A stretch of 64,000 nt of DNA from Nitrosopumilus sp. (GCA_965206745.1 OZ242220.1:288001-352000), one strand, 5' to 3'; positions 37,917 through 48,785 are shown, counted from the stretch's first letter. Numbers and translations are program-made. Notes: a model not told the origin generated them from the letters alone.

Positions 37917-40088
37917 ATGAAAAAACAATACATTTTAGGATTTTTACTCTTGCTTACATCCACCATTGGCATGATGCCGCCTGGCGTATATGCTAATGAT
38001 GAGATTGATATTGACGGTGACGGGGTACCAAACAGCCTTGATCTGTGCCCCCATCTTCTGGAGGACTATGATCCCCAGTATGGCGACAATGTTGACGGCT
38101 GCCCTGCAGACTTTGTTCCTTGGTATGATGTTGATTATGACGGAATACAAGATCATCTTGATGGCTGTCCCACTGTAAAGGAGACTTACAACAAGTTCCA
38201 GGATGACGACGGCTGCCCGGATTTGTATTCTGATGATGGAAAATCAATTGCAGATACTGACGGTGATGGTTATCCAGATTTCCTGGATAACTGCCCAACC
38301 CAGCCAGAGACATTCAATGGAATTGATGACGGCGACGGCTGCCCAGATGACGCTGTAGCCCAATCAGACACTGACCAGGATGGAATCTCAGATTCCCTTG
38401 ATTCATGTCCGCTAAAGCCTGAGACTTATAACAGATTTGAGGATGACGATGGCTGCCCGGACTCGTCTGATTCGGCAAACCCGCAGTATCAATTCCCTGA
38501 CACTGACGGCGACGGGATTGATGATAGATGGGATCAATGTATTGATGAACCGGAAAATTATAATGAATTCCTAGACTGGGATGGCTGTGCAGACGTGCTT
38601 GGTTCGGACTCTAATGCATTAGTTGATTCTGATTATGACAGCATTCTTGATTCAGTTGATTCATGTCCGCTAGAGCGTGAAAATTTTAACAAATTCCAAG
38701 ATGATGACGGCTGTCCTGACGAGATTGAATTTTCAATTACAGGTGACTCTGACGGTGATGGAATCTCCGATCAATTCGACACGTGTCCTAATTCTAAGGA
38801 GACATACAACCAATACAAGGATGCAGACGGTTGTCCCGATTTTGTCGCAGACAACAAATTCACATTTGACTCTGACGGCGATGGAATAATTGATAACTTG
38901 GATCATTGTCCAAACCAACCAGAAACATATAACGATATTTTGGATTTTGATGGCTGTCCTGACAATGACGATTCAGCGATTGATTCAGACATGGACGGAA
39001 TTGTAGATGTATCTGATGCATGTCCGCTAGAACCTGAAACATACAACCTTTTCAAAGACGGTGACGGCTGCCCTGATTTCTCCGAGTCTGTCCTCTCCTC
39101 TTACCTGTTCCCTGACACTGACGGCGACGGGATTGAGGACAGGTGGGATTCGTGTATTGACGAACCTGAAAACTATAATGACTTTCTAGATACTGACGGC
39201 TGCCCGGACGTTACAGGGTTTTCAAAACCTGCCTTGCCTGACTCTGACTATGATGGAATCCCAGACGAATCTGACATGTGTCCCACCATCGGTGAGAGAT
39301 ACAATCAATTCCAGGATGACGACGGCTGCCCTGACACCGTATCCTATGATTCATTTGGTGATGCTGATTTTGATGGAATAACTGACAATGTTGATGACTG
39401 CCCTACTGCTAGGGAAACTTATAACAGATTCCAGGATGATGACGGCTGCCCTGATCTGATTTTTGATAACAGAGTTGCTGTTGACTCTGATGGCGACGGA
39501 ATTCCTGATACTGATGACCGGTGTCCTACTCAGCTTGAAACACCCAACGGATTCCAGGATGAGGACGGCTGCCCTGACCGATTCACATTTACGCTTGATT
39601 CAGACACGGACGGAATTATAGATGTGTCTGATGCATGTCCGCTAGAGCCTGAAACTTACAACTTTTTCCAGGATGATGACGGCTGCCCTGATGTGGTTGG
39701 CACCATTATTCCATCTTACCTCTTTGCCGATATGGACAATGATGGCATTGATGACAAAAAAGACGCATGCATTGATCAACAGGAGAACTTTAACGGATAC
39801 CTGGACTGGGACGGCTGCCCTGATGTGTTGGTAGAGGCATCAGCGGCCATCCCAAGACCCGACTCTGATGATGATGGATACTATGATGCCATTGATTCAT
39901 GTCCGACAAACCCAGAAACATGGAACAAATACAACGATCATGACGGCTGCCCTGATACTGCTCCAGAACAACAGAGATTTGTCCATGATAATGATCTAGA
40001 TGGCATTCTCAACGATGAAGATTTGTGCCCTTCTGATCCTGAGGATTATGACGGTGACCGTGATTTGGACGGCTGCCCTGATTCCTAG
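37917..40088 (+). CDS. Secreted thrombospondin type-3 repeat protein (3)
   Basis: MKKQYILGFLLLLTSTIGMMP almost identical to the N-terminus of gene 2; same repeats. Confidence 0.92.
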   Translation: MKKQYILGFLLLLTSTIGMMPPGVYANDEIDIDGDGVPNSLDLCPHLLEDYDPQYGDNVDGCPADFVPWYDVDYDGIQDHLDGCPTVKETYNKFQDDDGCPDLYSDDGKSIADTDGDGYPDFLDNCPTQPETFNGIDDGDGCPDDAVAQSDTDQDGISDSLDSCPLKPETYNRFEDDDGCPDSSDSANPQYQFPDTDGDGIDDRWDQCIDEPENYNEFLDWDGCADVLGSDSNALVDSDYDSILDSVDSCPLERENFNKFQDDDGCPDEIEFSITGDSDGDGISDQFDTCPNSKETYNQYKDADGCPDFVADNKFTFDSDGDGIIDNLDHCPNQPETYNDILDFDGCPDNDDSAIDSDMDGIVDVSDACPLEPETYNLFKDGDGCPDFSESVLSSYLFPDTDGDGIEDRWDSCIDEPENYNDFLDTDGCPDVTGFSKPALPDSDYDGIPDESDMCPTIGERYNQFQDDDGCPDTVSYDSFGDADFDGITDNVDDCPTARETYNRFQDDDGCPDLIFDNRVAVDSDGDGIPDTDDRCPTQLETPNGFQDEDGCPDRFTFTLDSDTDGIIDVSDACPLEPETYNFFQDDDGCPDVVGTIIPSYLFADMDNDGIDDKKDACIDQQENFNGYLDWDGCPDVLVEASAAIPRPDSDDDGYYDAIDSCPTNPETWNKYNDHDGCPDTAPEQQRFVHDNDLDGILNDEDLCPSDPEDYDGDRDLDGCPDS

Positions 40089-40147
40089 CGGGGATATCTG
40101 TCAATATTTTTGACATACTAGATATATCGAATCTGTAATGTTCTAAC

Positions 40148-41110
40148 ATGCTTCCAAAGTTTTCCAGTCGGGCGTTTTTAGCTCCCATGGCAGGAGTCAG
40201 TGATCCCGCACTTCGTTTGCAGTGCAAGAAAATGGGCGCCGGACTGGTTGTTACAGAATTTACAAACATCCACAGTATTGTTGCAAAAGAGACCCAGCTC
40301 AAAGAAAGAATGAAGACCATTGAGGAGTTCATTGAATACTCTGATCAGGAGCGCCCTCTCTCAATCCAACTGTTCGGTTCTGATCTTTTGGCATTGGAAA
40401 AGGCAGCACAGATAGTAGAGCCTTTTTTTGACATCATTGATTACAATATGGGCTGCCCTGCACCGCATATTACCCAACAGATGGCCGGAGGCGCCCTGCT
40501 ACAGGAAGTCAACCTGACTCAGCAGATCTTTCACACTCTGGTAAGTGCAGTAAAAAAGCCTGTGACGCTAAAAATTCGTTCAGGAGTCACAGATGCCAGC
40601 AAATTCCTCTTTAGGGAAATTGCAGGGATTGCAGAAGACGAGGGAATCCAGATGATTACCCTTCATCCGAGAACTGTAAGTCAGGGTTATTCTGGGACCG
40701 CCAATTGGGATCTGATCAAAGAACTAAAAGAGATTTCTGGCATTCCAATTGTTGGAAATGGCGATATTACAACTCCTGAGGATGCCAAGACAATGATTGA
40801 TAATACTAATTGTGATTACGTCATGATTGGCAGGGGTGCGATGGGGAACCCCTTTATTTTTGAGCAGATCAATGACTTTTTGAAGACTGGCTCTTACAAG
40901 GAATATTCATTCCATGATAGGCTGGACTCTTTTTTTGATTACTTGCATCTCTCAAGTCAGTACAAGATCAAATTTGCAAACATCAAGGGCCAGGCCATGA
41001 GATTTACTAAAGGAATGAAGGGCGGCTCAAAACTTCGTTCAAAAATCACTCTCTCTACAAATATTGAAGAGCTAGAGAAGCTTATGCGTGATGCCTACGT
41101 GCAATCTTAG
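40148..41110 (+). CDS. dus: tRNA-dihydrouridine synthase (Dus family)
   Basis: LAPMAG, QLFG, NMGCP, LHPRT, GNGDI and MIGRG motifs. Confidence 0.93.
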   Translation: MLPKFSSRAFLAPMAGVSDPALRLQCKKMGAGLVVTEFTNIHSIVAKETQLKERMKTIEEFIEYSDQERPLSIQLFGSDLLALEKAAQIVEPFFDIIDYNMGCPAPHITQQMAGGALLQEVNLTQQIFHTLVSAVKKPVTLKIRSGVTDASKFLFREIAGIAEDEGIQMITLHPRTVSQGYSGTANWDLIKELKEISGIPIVGNGDITTPEDAKTMIDNTNCDYVMIGRGAMGNPFIFEQINDFLKTGSYKEYSFHDRLDSFFDYLHLSSQYKIKFANIKGQAMRFTKGMKGGSKLRSKITLSTNIEELEKLMRDAYVQS

Positions 41111-41327
41111 AGATGTTTTACGCCGGTTCAAATCTATTCATGCTTGCGTACTCTGGTGGGAGTCATCTGCAGCATGACGTAAAAGCAAGACCATGACATG
41201 GAATATCTGATAAAAACAAAAAAGCGTGTAACTAGTGCCTGTGAGGCATACATGTCTGCAAAAATTCTAAACGAGGGCTGCCTCATTGATTATGGCGTGT
41301 ATCTCCGTCACTAGGGAATGGAATTAA

Positions 41328-41358
41328 GCACGTATTTCGTGCGCAAAATCATGATTTT
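41328..41358. promoter_or_regulatory. Paired palindromes upstream of a MORN-variant gene (repeated at 44691-44721)
   Basis: GCACGtatttCGTGC and AAAATCATGATTTT. Confidence 0.35.
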
Positions 41359-41449
41359 ACTCAGATGTAGCATAAGATCCATCCATGACAGGATTCAATC
41401 CGTCTGAATACATAGTAAATCTCTTATTGAATCAAATTATTAAAATTTA

Positions 41450-44400
41450 TTGAATCAAGTCATTCTGTTAGCAATATCACTAATTTTAGTCGCTTCAACG
41501 GGTCTAGGATCATCTTATGCTCAAAATTATGATGATATTATACAAGGATGGGATGATTATGTCCAATCATACAAGGACTATGTAGAGGAATACCGAAAGT
41601 ATGTGGAAAAATATGAAGATTATGTGCAAGAATACAAGAATTATATGCAAAAATACAAAATATGGGATGATAATGTCGCCAGCAGTCTAGAATCAGAGAA
41701 TAAAGGTGTGAAATCTGAGTTTGTCATAATCAAATCAAAATTAAGCAAAATAGTGCTAGAAATTAAAACAGTGCCTGTCACCACGACCAAAGTTGTAGAA
41801 CCTGCCACCAAACCCAAGACTGTAGAACTAACAGAGCCTGCCACCAAACCCAAGACTGTAGAACTAACAGAGCCTGCCACCAAACCCAAGACTGTAGAAC
41901 TAACAGAGACTGCCACCACACCCAAAGTTGTAGAACCTGCCACCAAGCCCAAGACTGTAGAACTAACAGAGCCTGCCACCAAGCCTAAAACTGTAGGATC
42001 TAATCCAGCTATTGCACCACAAACAGGCAACTCTGCAGACACGACACCATCAACCAGCAACGAACCTATGGAATGGTATTATGAAGATGGAAGTTTGCAA
42101 GGACGTGAAGAATATTATGAGGATGGACAAAAGAAAAAGAAGACAGAATATGATGGCAAAACTATCAGTGTAGAAAAGCAGTGGTATGACAATGGACAAC
42201 TGATGTCACACGTTGAGTATCATCATGATGGAAAACTGCGAGAAAAACATCAATATGATGAGAATGGAAAAAACACAACGTCCGTAAAATACTATGAGAA
42301 CGGACAACTACAAGAAGATTATCAATATAATGAAAATGGAAATCCAAAGTTTTACAAAGAATATGCTGAGGATGGTGACTTAGATCAAGAAATATCCTAT
42401 TATGAAAATGGAAATAAGAAATCACAAACAAAATATTTTTACGGAGAAAAAGGTCGTGTATGGGACTATTATGAAAATGGAAATAAAAAATTAGAGACAA
42501 ACTATTCTTACGGAAAAATAGTTCGTGTATGGGAATATAATGAAAATGGTCAACGTATAAAGTATTATGATATGAATGGCAACCCTGCACCATTGGATAT
42601 TGATACAACATCACCTAACATGTGGTATGACATAGATGGAAATTTGGAATATTATGAAGAATATTATGAGGATGGATCAAAGAAAAAACTGATAAAATAT
42701 TCTGAAAATGGAAATATTAAAAGAGAAAACCTATGGCATGAGAATGGACAGCCAGCATTGACCCTCAGATATGATCGGACTGGACCACTGGAACGAGAAT
42801 ATCGAACTGATGAAAATGGAAAAATCCTAGTTGATGTATATTATCACGAGAATGGACAACTAAGGGCTGAATCCCTATATTATGAAAATGGTGAAAAGGA
42901 ATTTGATAGCAAATATTATGAAAATGGTGAAAAGGAATCTGATAGCAAATATTATGAAAATGGTGAAGAGAACTCTTATAGCAGATATTATGAAAATGGT
43001 GAAAAGGAATCTGATAAAAGATATTATGAAGATGGGAGTTTGAAATCAGCATCCCATTATGATGAAAATGGAAATTTGGAATCAAAAATAGAATATGATG
43101 CCGACGGGCAACTAGAAGAGCTTCAATATCATGAAAATGGAAATACAAAGCTTCACAAAAAATATCATGATGACGGTAGCCTCTACACAGAAACATTCTA
43201 TTATGAAAGTGGACGTACGAAATCTGAAATATATTATGATGCTAACGAACAAGTAGATAGTGTAAGAGACTATTATGAAGATGGCAACCATGTATCTTCT
43301 TATGACATATACGGCAACCCTGTACCACAACATCCTGACACAACATTACATAACACATTGTATGATAGAAATGGAAATGCAAAATATTCTGAAGAATATT
43401 ATGAGGATGGATCAAAGAAAAAACTGATAAAATATTCTGAAAATGGAGGTATTAGTGAAGAAAACCGATGGTATGAGGATGGAAGTTTACAAGCACATGA
43501 AGAATATTATGAGGACGGACAAAAGAAAAAGATTACAGAATATCATCCAAATGGAGCAGTCACCGGAGAAGAAAAATGGTATGAGGATGGAACTCCAATG
43601 TCAACTCTTGGTTATAGTAATAATGGGCAACTGACCCGAGAATATCGAGTTGATGAGGATGGTACAGTCACAGTTAATGCATGGTATGATTCCGATGGGA
43701 GTTTAGAGGAAGTTGAAGAGCATTATGAAAATGGACAAATAAAAAAGAAGACACAATATCATGGTGATGAAACTCTCCGTCAAGAAGAACAATGGTATGA
43801 GAATGGACAAGTAATGTCATACATTGAGTATTATCAGAACGGACAACTGCAACACCAATATCAAAATGATGAGAATAGAAAAAACACAATGTGGGTAAAA
43901 TACTATGAGAACGGACAACTACAAGAAGACACTCGATATCATGAAAATGGAAATCTAAAGTTTCACAAAAAATATCATGAGAATGGTGACCTAGACCGAG
44001 AAACACACTATCATGAAAATGGAAATGAGAAATCAGACATATCTTATGGTACTAACGGACAAATAAACAGTGCGTGGGACTATTATGAAAATGGTCATCC
44101 TGTATTTTCTTATGATGAAAATGGCCACCCTACGTCATTGGATGCTGATACAACATCACCTAACAATGAGCCTAAAACATGGTATTATAGAAATGGAAAT
44201 TTGCAAGCACATGAAGAATATTATGAGGATGGTTCAAAGAAAAAGCTGACACATTACCTTGATAGTGGTAGTGCATATAGTAGCATTACTGGATATGAAG
44301 TAACACAATGGTCTGAGGGAGGAGATCTAACGTCTAGAATCAAGTATTATGAGGGAGGAGAAATAGACGTTGAATATAGACTTGATGAGAATGGAAAAGT

Positions 44401-44587
44401 CATAATTGACATAAGTTATTATGAGAATGGACAAATATTCAACGAATACATATATCATGAAAACGGTGAAACGAAATCTTATAACGTCTATTATAGAGAT
44501 GGGACCATGAAGTCAGAATCCCATTATGATGAAGATGGAAATTTTGAATCAAAGAAAGAATATGATGAGAGCGGGCAACTAAAATGA
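41450..44587 (+). CDS. Secreted MORN-variant repeat protein (paralog 2)
   Basis: TTG start; same signal peptide and Tyr heptads as 229; EPATKPKTV stalk; YYENG repeats. Confidence 0.88.
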   Translation: MNQVILLAISLILVASTGLGSSYAQNYDDIIQGWDDYVQSYKDYVEEYRKYVEKYEDYVQEYKNYMQKYKIWDDNVASSLESENKGVKSEFVIIKSKLSKIVLEIKTVPVTTTKVVEPATKPKTVELTEPATKPKTVELTEPATKPKTVELTETATTPKVVEPATKPKTVELTEPATKPKTVGSNPAIAPQTGNSADTTPSTSNEPMEWYYEDGSLQGREEYYEDGQKKKKTEYDGKTISVEKQWYDNGQLMSHVEYHHDGKLREKHQYDENGKNTTSVKYYENGQLQEDYQYNENGNPKFYKEYAEDGDLDQEISYYENGNKKSQTKYFYGEKGRVWDYYENGNKKLETNYSYGKIVRVWEYNENGQRIKYYDMNGNPAPLDIDTTSPNMWYDIDGNLEYYEEYYEDGSKKKLIKYSENGNIKRENLWHENGQPALTLRYDRTGPLEREYRTDENGKILVDVYYHENGQLRAESLYYENGEKEFDSKYYENGEKESDSKYYENGEENSYSRYYENGEKESDKRYYEDGSLKSASHYDENGNLESKIEYDADGQLEELQYHENGNTKLHKKYHDDGSLYTETFYYESGRTKSEIYYDANEQVDSVRDYYEDGNHVSSYDIYGNPVPQHPDTTLHNTLYDRNGNAKYSEEYYEDGSKKKLIKYSENGGISEENRWYEDGSLQAHEEYYEDGQKKKITEYHPNGAVTGEEKWYEDGTPMSTLGYSNNGQLTREYRVDEDGTVTVNAWYDSDGSLEEVEEHYENGQIKKKTQYHGDETLRQEEQWYENGQVMSYIEYYQNGQLQHQYQNDENRKNTMWVKYYENGQLQEDTRYHENGNLKFHKKYHENGDLDRETHYHENGNEKSDISYGTNGQINSAWDYYENGHPVFSYDENGHPTSLDADTTSPNNEPKTWYYRNGNLQAHEEYYEDGSKKKLTHYLDSGSAYSSITGYEVTQWSEGGDLTSRIKYYEGGEIDVEYRLDENGKVIIDISYYENGQIFNEYIYHENGETKSYNVYYRDGTMKSESHYDEDGNFESKKEYDESGQLK
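42878..43021 (+). repeat. 36-bp tandem repeat x4 (YYENGEKExDSK-type)
   Basis: TATTATGAAAATGGTGAA-initiated units at 42878, 42914, 42950 and 42986. Confidence 0.9.
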
Positions 44588-44683
44588 GATTTTAAATCCA
44601 TGCCTTTTTTTATTTTAAATTAATACTGGGTTTATCGGTTTAATCATATCTAGTTGGTACACCATAATTTCTGGATTGAGCAT
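44588..44683 (+). repeat. Downstream region duplicated at 47416-47509, including a T-tract terminator candidate
   Basis: Near-identical sequence after both stop codons, with CCTTTTTTT. Confidence 0.9.
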
Positions 44684-44814
44684 GAATTAAGTACGTATTT
44701 CGTGTGCAAAATCATAATTTTACTCTCAGATGTGACCGGAGATCCATCTGTGACAGGATTCAATCCTTTTGAATACATAGTAAATTTCTTATTGAATCAA
44801 ATCATTAAAATTTA

Positions 44815-47415
44815 TTGAATCAAATCATTCTGTTAACCGTATCGCTAATTTTAGTTGCTTCAACGGGTCTAGGATCATCTTATGCTCAAAATTATGACGA
44901 TATTATACAAGGATGGGATGATTATGTCCAATCATACAAGGACTATGTAGAGGAATACCAAAAGTATGTGGAAAAATATGAAGATTATGTGCAAGAATAC
45001 AAGAATTATATGCAAAAATACAAAATATGGGATGATAATATCGTCAACAGTCTAGAATCAGAGAATAAAGGTGTGAAATCTGAGTTTGTCATAATCCAAT
45101 CAAAATTAAGCAAAATAGCGCTAGAAATTAAAACAGAGCCTGTTACCACGCCCAAAACTGTAGAACCTGCCACCAAACCCAAAACTGTAGAACCAACAGA
45201 GCCTGTTACCACGCCCAAAACTGTAGAACCTGTCACTAAACCCAAAACTGTAGAACCAACAGAGCCTGTTACCACGCCCAAAACTGTAGAACCTGTCACT
45301 AAACCCAAAGTTGTAGAACCTGCCACCAAACCCAAAACTGTAGAACCAACAGAGCCTGTTACCACGCCCAAAACTGTAGAACCTGCCACCAAACCCAAAA
45401 CTGTAGAACCAACAGAGCCTGTTACCACGCCCAAAACTGTAGAACCTGTCACTAAACCCAAAACTGTAGAACCTGTCACTAAACCCAAAACTGTAGAACC
45501 AACAGAGCCTGCCACCACGTCTTCTATTGTAGAATCTAATCCAGATACTGCACCACAAACAGGCAACTCTACAGACACAGCACCAACATCATCAACCGGC
45601 AACGAACCTGTAGAATGGTATTATGAAGATGGAAGTTTGCAAGGACGTGAAGAATATTATGAGGATGGACCACTAATGCTGTCCATTTATTATTATCCGA
45701 ATGGACAACTACAAGAAAAATATCAATGGGATGAGAATGGAGAAAACACAGTATGGATAAGATATTATGAGAACGGACAACTACTAGAAGAGTATCAATA
45801 TTATGAAAATGGAAATAACAAGTTTCACAAAAAATATTATGAGGATGGTAACCTCGACATAGAAATACTCTATTATGAAAATGGAAATGAGAAATCAGAA
45901 AGACGTTATGATCCTAACTTACAAGTGTATTATCTACATCATTATTATGAAAATGGTAAATATGTATATTCTTATGATAAACATGGCAACCCTGCACCAC
46001 AACATACTGACACAACATCACCTAACACATGGTATTATCAAAATGGAAATTTGAAATTATATGAAGAATATCATGAGGATGGATCCGTGAAAAAGGAGAT
46101 AGTATATTATGAAGATGGGGGTATTGATGAAGAAAACCAATGGTTTGAAGATGGACAACGAATGTCGTCCATCGGGTATTATCCGAATGGACAAATGCTA
46201 GATAAGAGTCAATATGATGAAAATGGAAAAAAATTAGTTGATGTATATTATCATGAGGATGGGCAAATAAGGTATGAATTCCTTCCTCATGAAAATGATG
46301 AAAAGAAATCTGATGACAGATATTATGAAGATGGAAGTTTGCAAGTACATGAAGAATATCATGACGATGGAAGTTTGCAAGTACGTGAAGAATATTATGA
46401 AGATGGACAAAAGAAAAAGAGGACACAATATCATCCAAATGGAACCATCATTGACGAAGAACAATGGCATCCAAATGGTGTTCGGATGTCATTCATCAGT
46501 TATCATCTTAATGGACAACTAAGAAGTGAATATAGACTTGATGAGAATAGAAAAATCATAATTCATAGATCGTATTATGACAATGGGAATTTAAAGACAG
46601 TTCAAGAACGTTATGAAAATGGAGAATATAAAAAGAGGACACAATATTATGATGATGAAACTCTCTATATCGAAGAACAATGGTATGACAATGGACAATC
46701 AATGTCGTACATTGTGTATTACCAAAATGGACAAATGGAAGAAAAATATCAATATGATGAGAATGGAAGAGTTCTGTTTAAAGCAGGTTATCATGAAAAT
46801 GGAGAAATAAGTTACGAATTAACATCTTATGAAAATGGAAATCGAAAGTCTTGGCAAACATATTCTGGGGATGGCCACAAAAAAATACACTATTATGAAA
46901 ATGGACATGAGAAATCTCAAATATATTATGATGCTAACGGACAAATAGATAATGCATGGGACTATTATGAAAATGGTCAGTATGTATCTTTTTATGATAT
47001 AAATGGCAATCCTATACCATTGGATGCTGATATAACATCATCTAATATCTGGTCTGATCCTGTACCATTGGATATTGATACAACATCACCTAACAGATGG
47101 TATGATAGAAATGGAAATTTGCAAAATTATGTAGAATATTATGAGGATGGATCAAAGAAAAAGCAGATAACATATTATGAAAATGGAGATATCAAAATAG
47201 AAGATCAATGGCATGAGAATGGACAACTAGTATCGACCATCAATTATGATCAGAGTGGACAAATAAGTCATGAATCTTTATATCATGAAAATGGTGAAAT
47301 AAAAATTTATAACGTTTATTATGAAGATGGGACTTTGAAATCAAAATTCCATTATGATGAAGATGGAAATCTGGAATCAAAGAAAGAATATGATGAGAAC
47401 GGGCAACTAAAATGA
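44815..47415 (+). CDS. Secreted MORN-variant repeat protein (paralog 3)
   Basis: TTG start; N- and C-termini nearly identical to 41450; PKTVEP stalk. Confidence 0.88.
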   Translation: MNQIILLTVSLILVASTGLGSSYAQNYDDIIQGWDDYVQSYKDYVEEYQKYVEKYEDYVQEYKNYMQKYKIWDDNIVNSLESENKGVKSEFVIIQSKLSKIALEIKTEPVTTPKTVEPATKPKTVEPTEPVTTPKTVEPVTKPKTVEPTEPVTTPKTVEPVTKPKVVEPATKPKTVEPTEPVTTPKTVEPATKPKTVEPTEPVTTPKTVEPVTKPKTVEPVTKPKTVEPTEPATTSSIVESNPDTAPQTGNSTDTAPTSSTGNEPVEWYYEDGSLQGREEYYEDGPLMLSIYYYPNGQLQEKYQWDENGENTVWIRYYENGQLLEEYQYYENGNNKFHKKYYEDGNLDIEILYYENGNEKSERRYDPNLQVYYLHHYYENGKYVYSYDKHGNPAPQHTDTTSPNTWYYQNGNLKLYEEYHEDGSVKKEIVYYEDGGIDEENQWFEDGQRMSSIGYYPNGQMLDKSQYDENGKKLVDVYYHEDGQIRYEFLPHENDEKKSDDRYYEDGSLQVHEEYHDDGSLQVREEYYEDGQKKKRTQYHPNGTIIDEEQWHPNGVRMSFISYHLNGQLRSEYRLDENRKIIIHRSYYDNGNLKTVQERYENGEYKKRTQYYDDETLYIEEQWYDNGQSMSYIVYYQNGQMEEKYQYDENGRVLFKAGYHENGEISYELTSYENGNRKSWQTYSGDGHKKIHYYENGHEKSQIYYDANGQIDNAWDYYENGQYVSFYDINGNPIPLDADITSSNIWSDPVPLDIDTTSPNRWYDRNGNLQNYVEYYEDGSKKKQITYYENGDIKIEDQWHENGQLVSTINYDQSGQISHESLYHENGEIKIYNVYYEDGTLKSKFHYDEDGNLESKKEYDENGQLK

Positions 47416-47667
47416 GATTTTAAATCCATGCCTTTTTTTATTTTAAATTAATACTGGGTTTATCGGTTTAATCATATCTAGTTGGTACACCATTTTCTGG
47501 ATTGAGCATTCTGCCTGGAATCACAAGTTCACCTGTGACTATGGCCATATCAGTCCGTATTTGTTTATGATATATTGAAATTTTATGTTGAATTTTCAGA
47601 TGAATTGGACTATTCTTATATATTCCAAGATCCTATTTCAAGCATGAAAATAGGAGTCAGATCATAA

Positions 47668-47907
47668 TTGGCCACAGCCTACGTTCTCATAAACTGTGAG
47701 CTGGGTTCTGAAGAAGCAGTCATCTCAGAACTAAAATCAATTGAAGGTGTCGTTGAAGTGCATGGTACCTTTGGAGCGTATGATATTTTAGCAAAAGTCC
47801 AGTCAAGTCAAGTCGAAGCATTGCGTGAGACTATAACTTGGAAGATAAGGAAGATCCCAAAAATTCGCTCAACATTGACCCTGATGGGCATTGAAGGCCA
47901 GCAGTAA
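47668..47907 (+). CDS. Lrp/AsnC ligand-binding (RAM) domain protein
   Basis: AYVLIN...GAYDI...IRKIPKIRSTLTL. Confidence 0.92.
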   Translation: MATAYVLINCELGSEEAVISELKSIEGVVEVHGTFGAYDILAKVQSSQVEALRETITWKIRKIPKIRSTLTLMGIEGQQ

Positions 47908-48138
47908 CTTCCCAATGTCATCTGTTTTTATACTTTGATTGCAACACTGTACCATCCCTTCTAAGACACGTTCCCCCAAAGGGACAACGACCTGAGAGGA
48001 ACAGTGAATCCTCTCAGCAGTATTTTTTGCATGACTCTGGTTTTAGATGTGATGGCTCATTGGTTTACAGTTTGGGCACATGCAGCAAACCGTGATTTTT
48101 CATTAATCTATACGCACATATCTTGATAAAGAAAATGA

Positions 48139-48486
48139 TTAGAGGGCCTCAGAACCGCTCTTTTTAGATGATATGTTCAGAACGTTATCCACACTAGACA
48201 CAATAACAATTCCATCCCCGCCATTTCCTGTATAAGCTGCATCAGAGATTGCTTTGGAAATCTTTTCCACTTCTGAGTCATCTACAATTGTGCTTATCGT
48301 GGCAACTTCATTGTATTCTGCAGTGACAGTACCTGTTCCTCTTCCAGATCTAATCTCTTGTCGAGTTCCAGAACCTCTGCCTTTTCCTTCCAGGATGGTA
48401 AATCCTCCAGCAATACCACTTATTGCCTCTGTTACCATGCCAATTTTGGTTGCTTGAACAGTTGCTTCAATTCGTTTCATTTGCAT
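48139..48486 (-). CDS. glnB: P-II family nitrogen regulator (divergent)
   Basis: MKRIEA, GKGRG, TGNGGDG and C-terminal EAL. Confidence 0.85.
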   Translation of the reverse strand: MQMKRIEATVQATKIGMVTEAISGIAGGFTILEGKGRGSGTRQEIRSGRGTGTVTAEYNEVATISTIVDDSEVEKISKAISDAAYTGNGGDGIVIVSSVDNVLNISSKKSGSEAL

Positions 48487-48608
48487 TGATTCTTTTGTGT
48501 CGCTTAAAAAAGATCATATGTTTTTATTCAAATTTTATGATACTATGGAACCTAGCTGGTTATGTCATAATCCACCTCACCTTTTTAGTGCATAAGAAAA
48601 GTAAGATT

Positions 48609-48785
48609 ATGAAAAGTGATGAAAAGAGATCTCATAGACTCAACTATCTTTTGAAATGCTACCTGATGAATCCCAAGGAAAACGATCTATATCAGAGAGC
48701 AAAGCAGATGGGTGTCACTGATTCCACAGCCAAGGATTACATCAGAACCGTCATAATTCAAGCGCAAAAAATCTGTGCAAAGTAG
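48609..48785 (+). CDS. Small HTH-like hypothetical protein
   Basis: MKSDEKRSHRLNYLLKCY...AKQMGVTDSTAKDY; the ORF-track extension upstream overlaps P-II and is unlikely. Confidence 0.6.
   Translation: MKSDEKRSHRLNYLLKCYLMNPKENDLYQRAKQMGVTDSTAKDYIRTVIIQAQKICAK

Noticed and set aside
41450-47415. Diversity-generating retroelement or toxin-antitoxin interpretation of the MORN paralogs
   Set aside because: No reverse transcriptase, no evident adenine-specific template/variable repeat pair and no adjacent toxin; the proteins have signal peptides.
47521-47539. TCACA-N-TGTGA inverted repeat upstream of the Lrp-domain gene
   Set aside because: Short, single occurrence and far from the TATA box; insufficient support.
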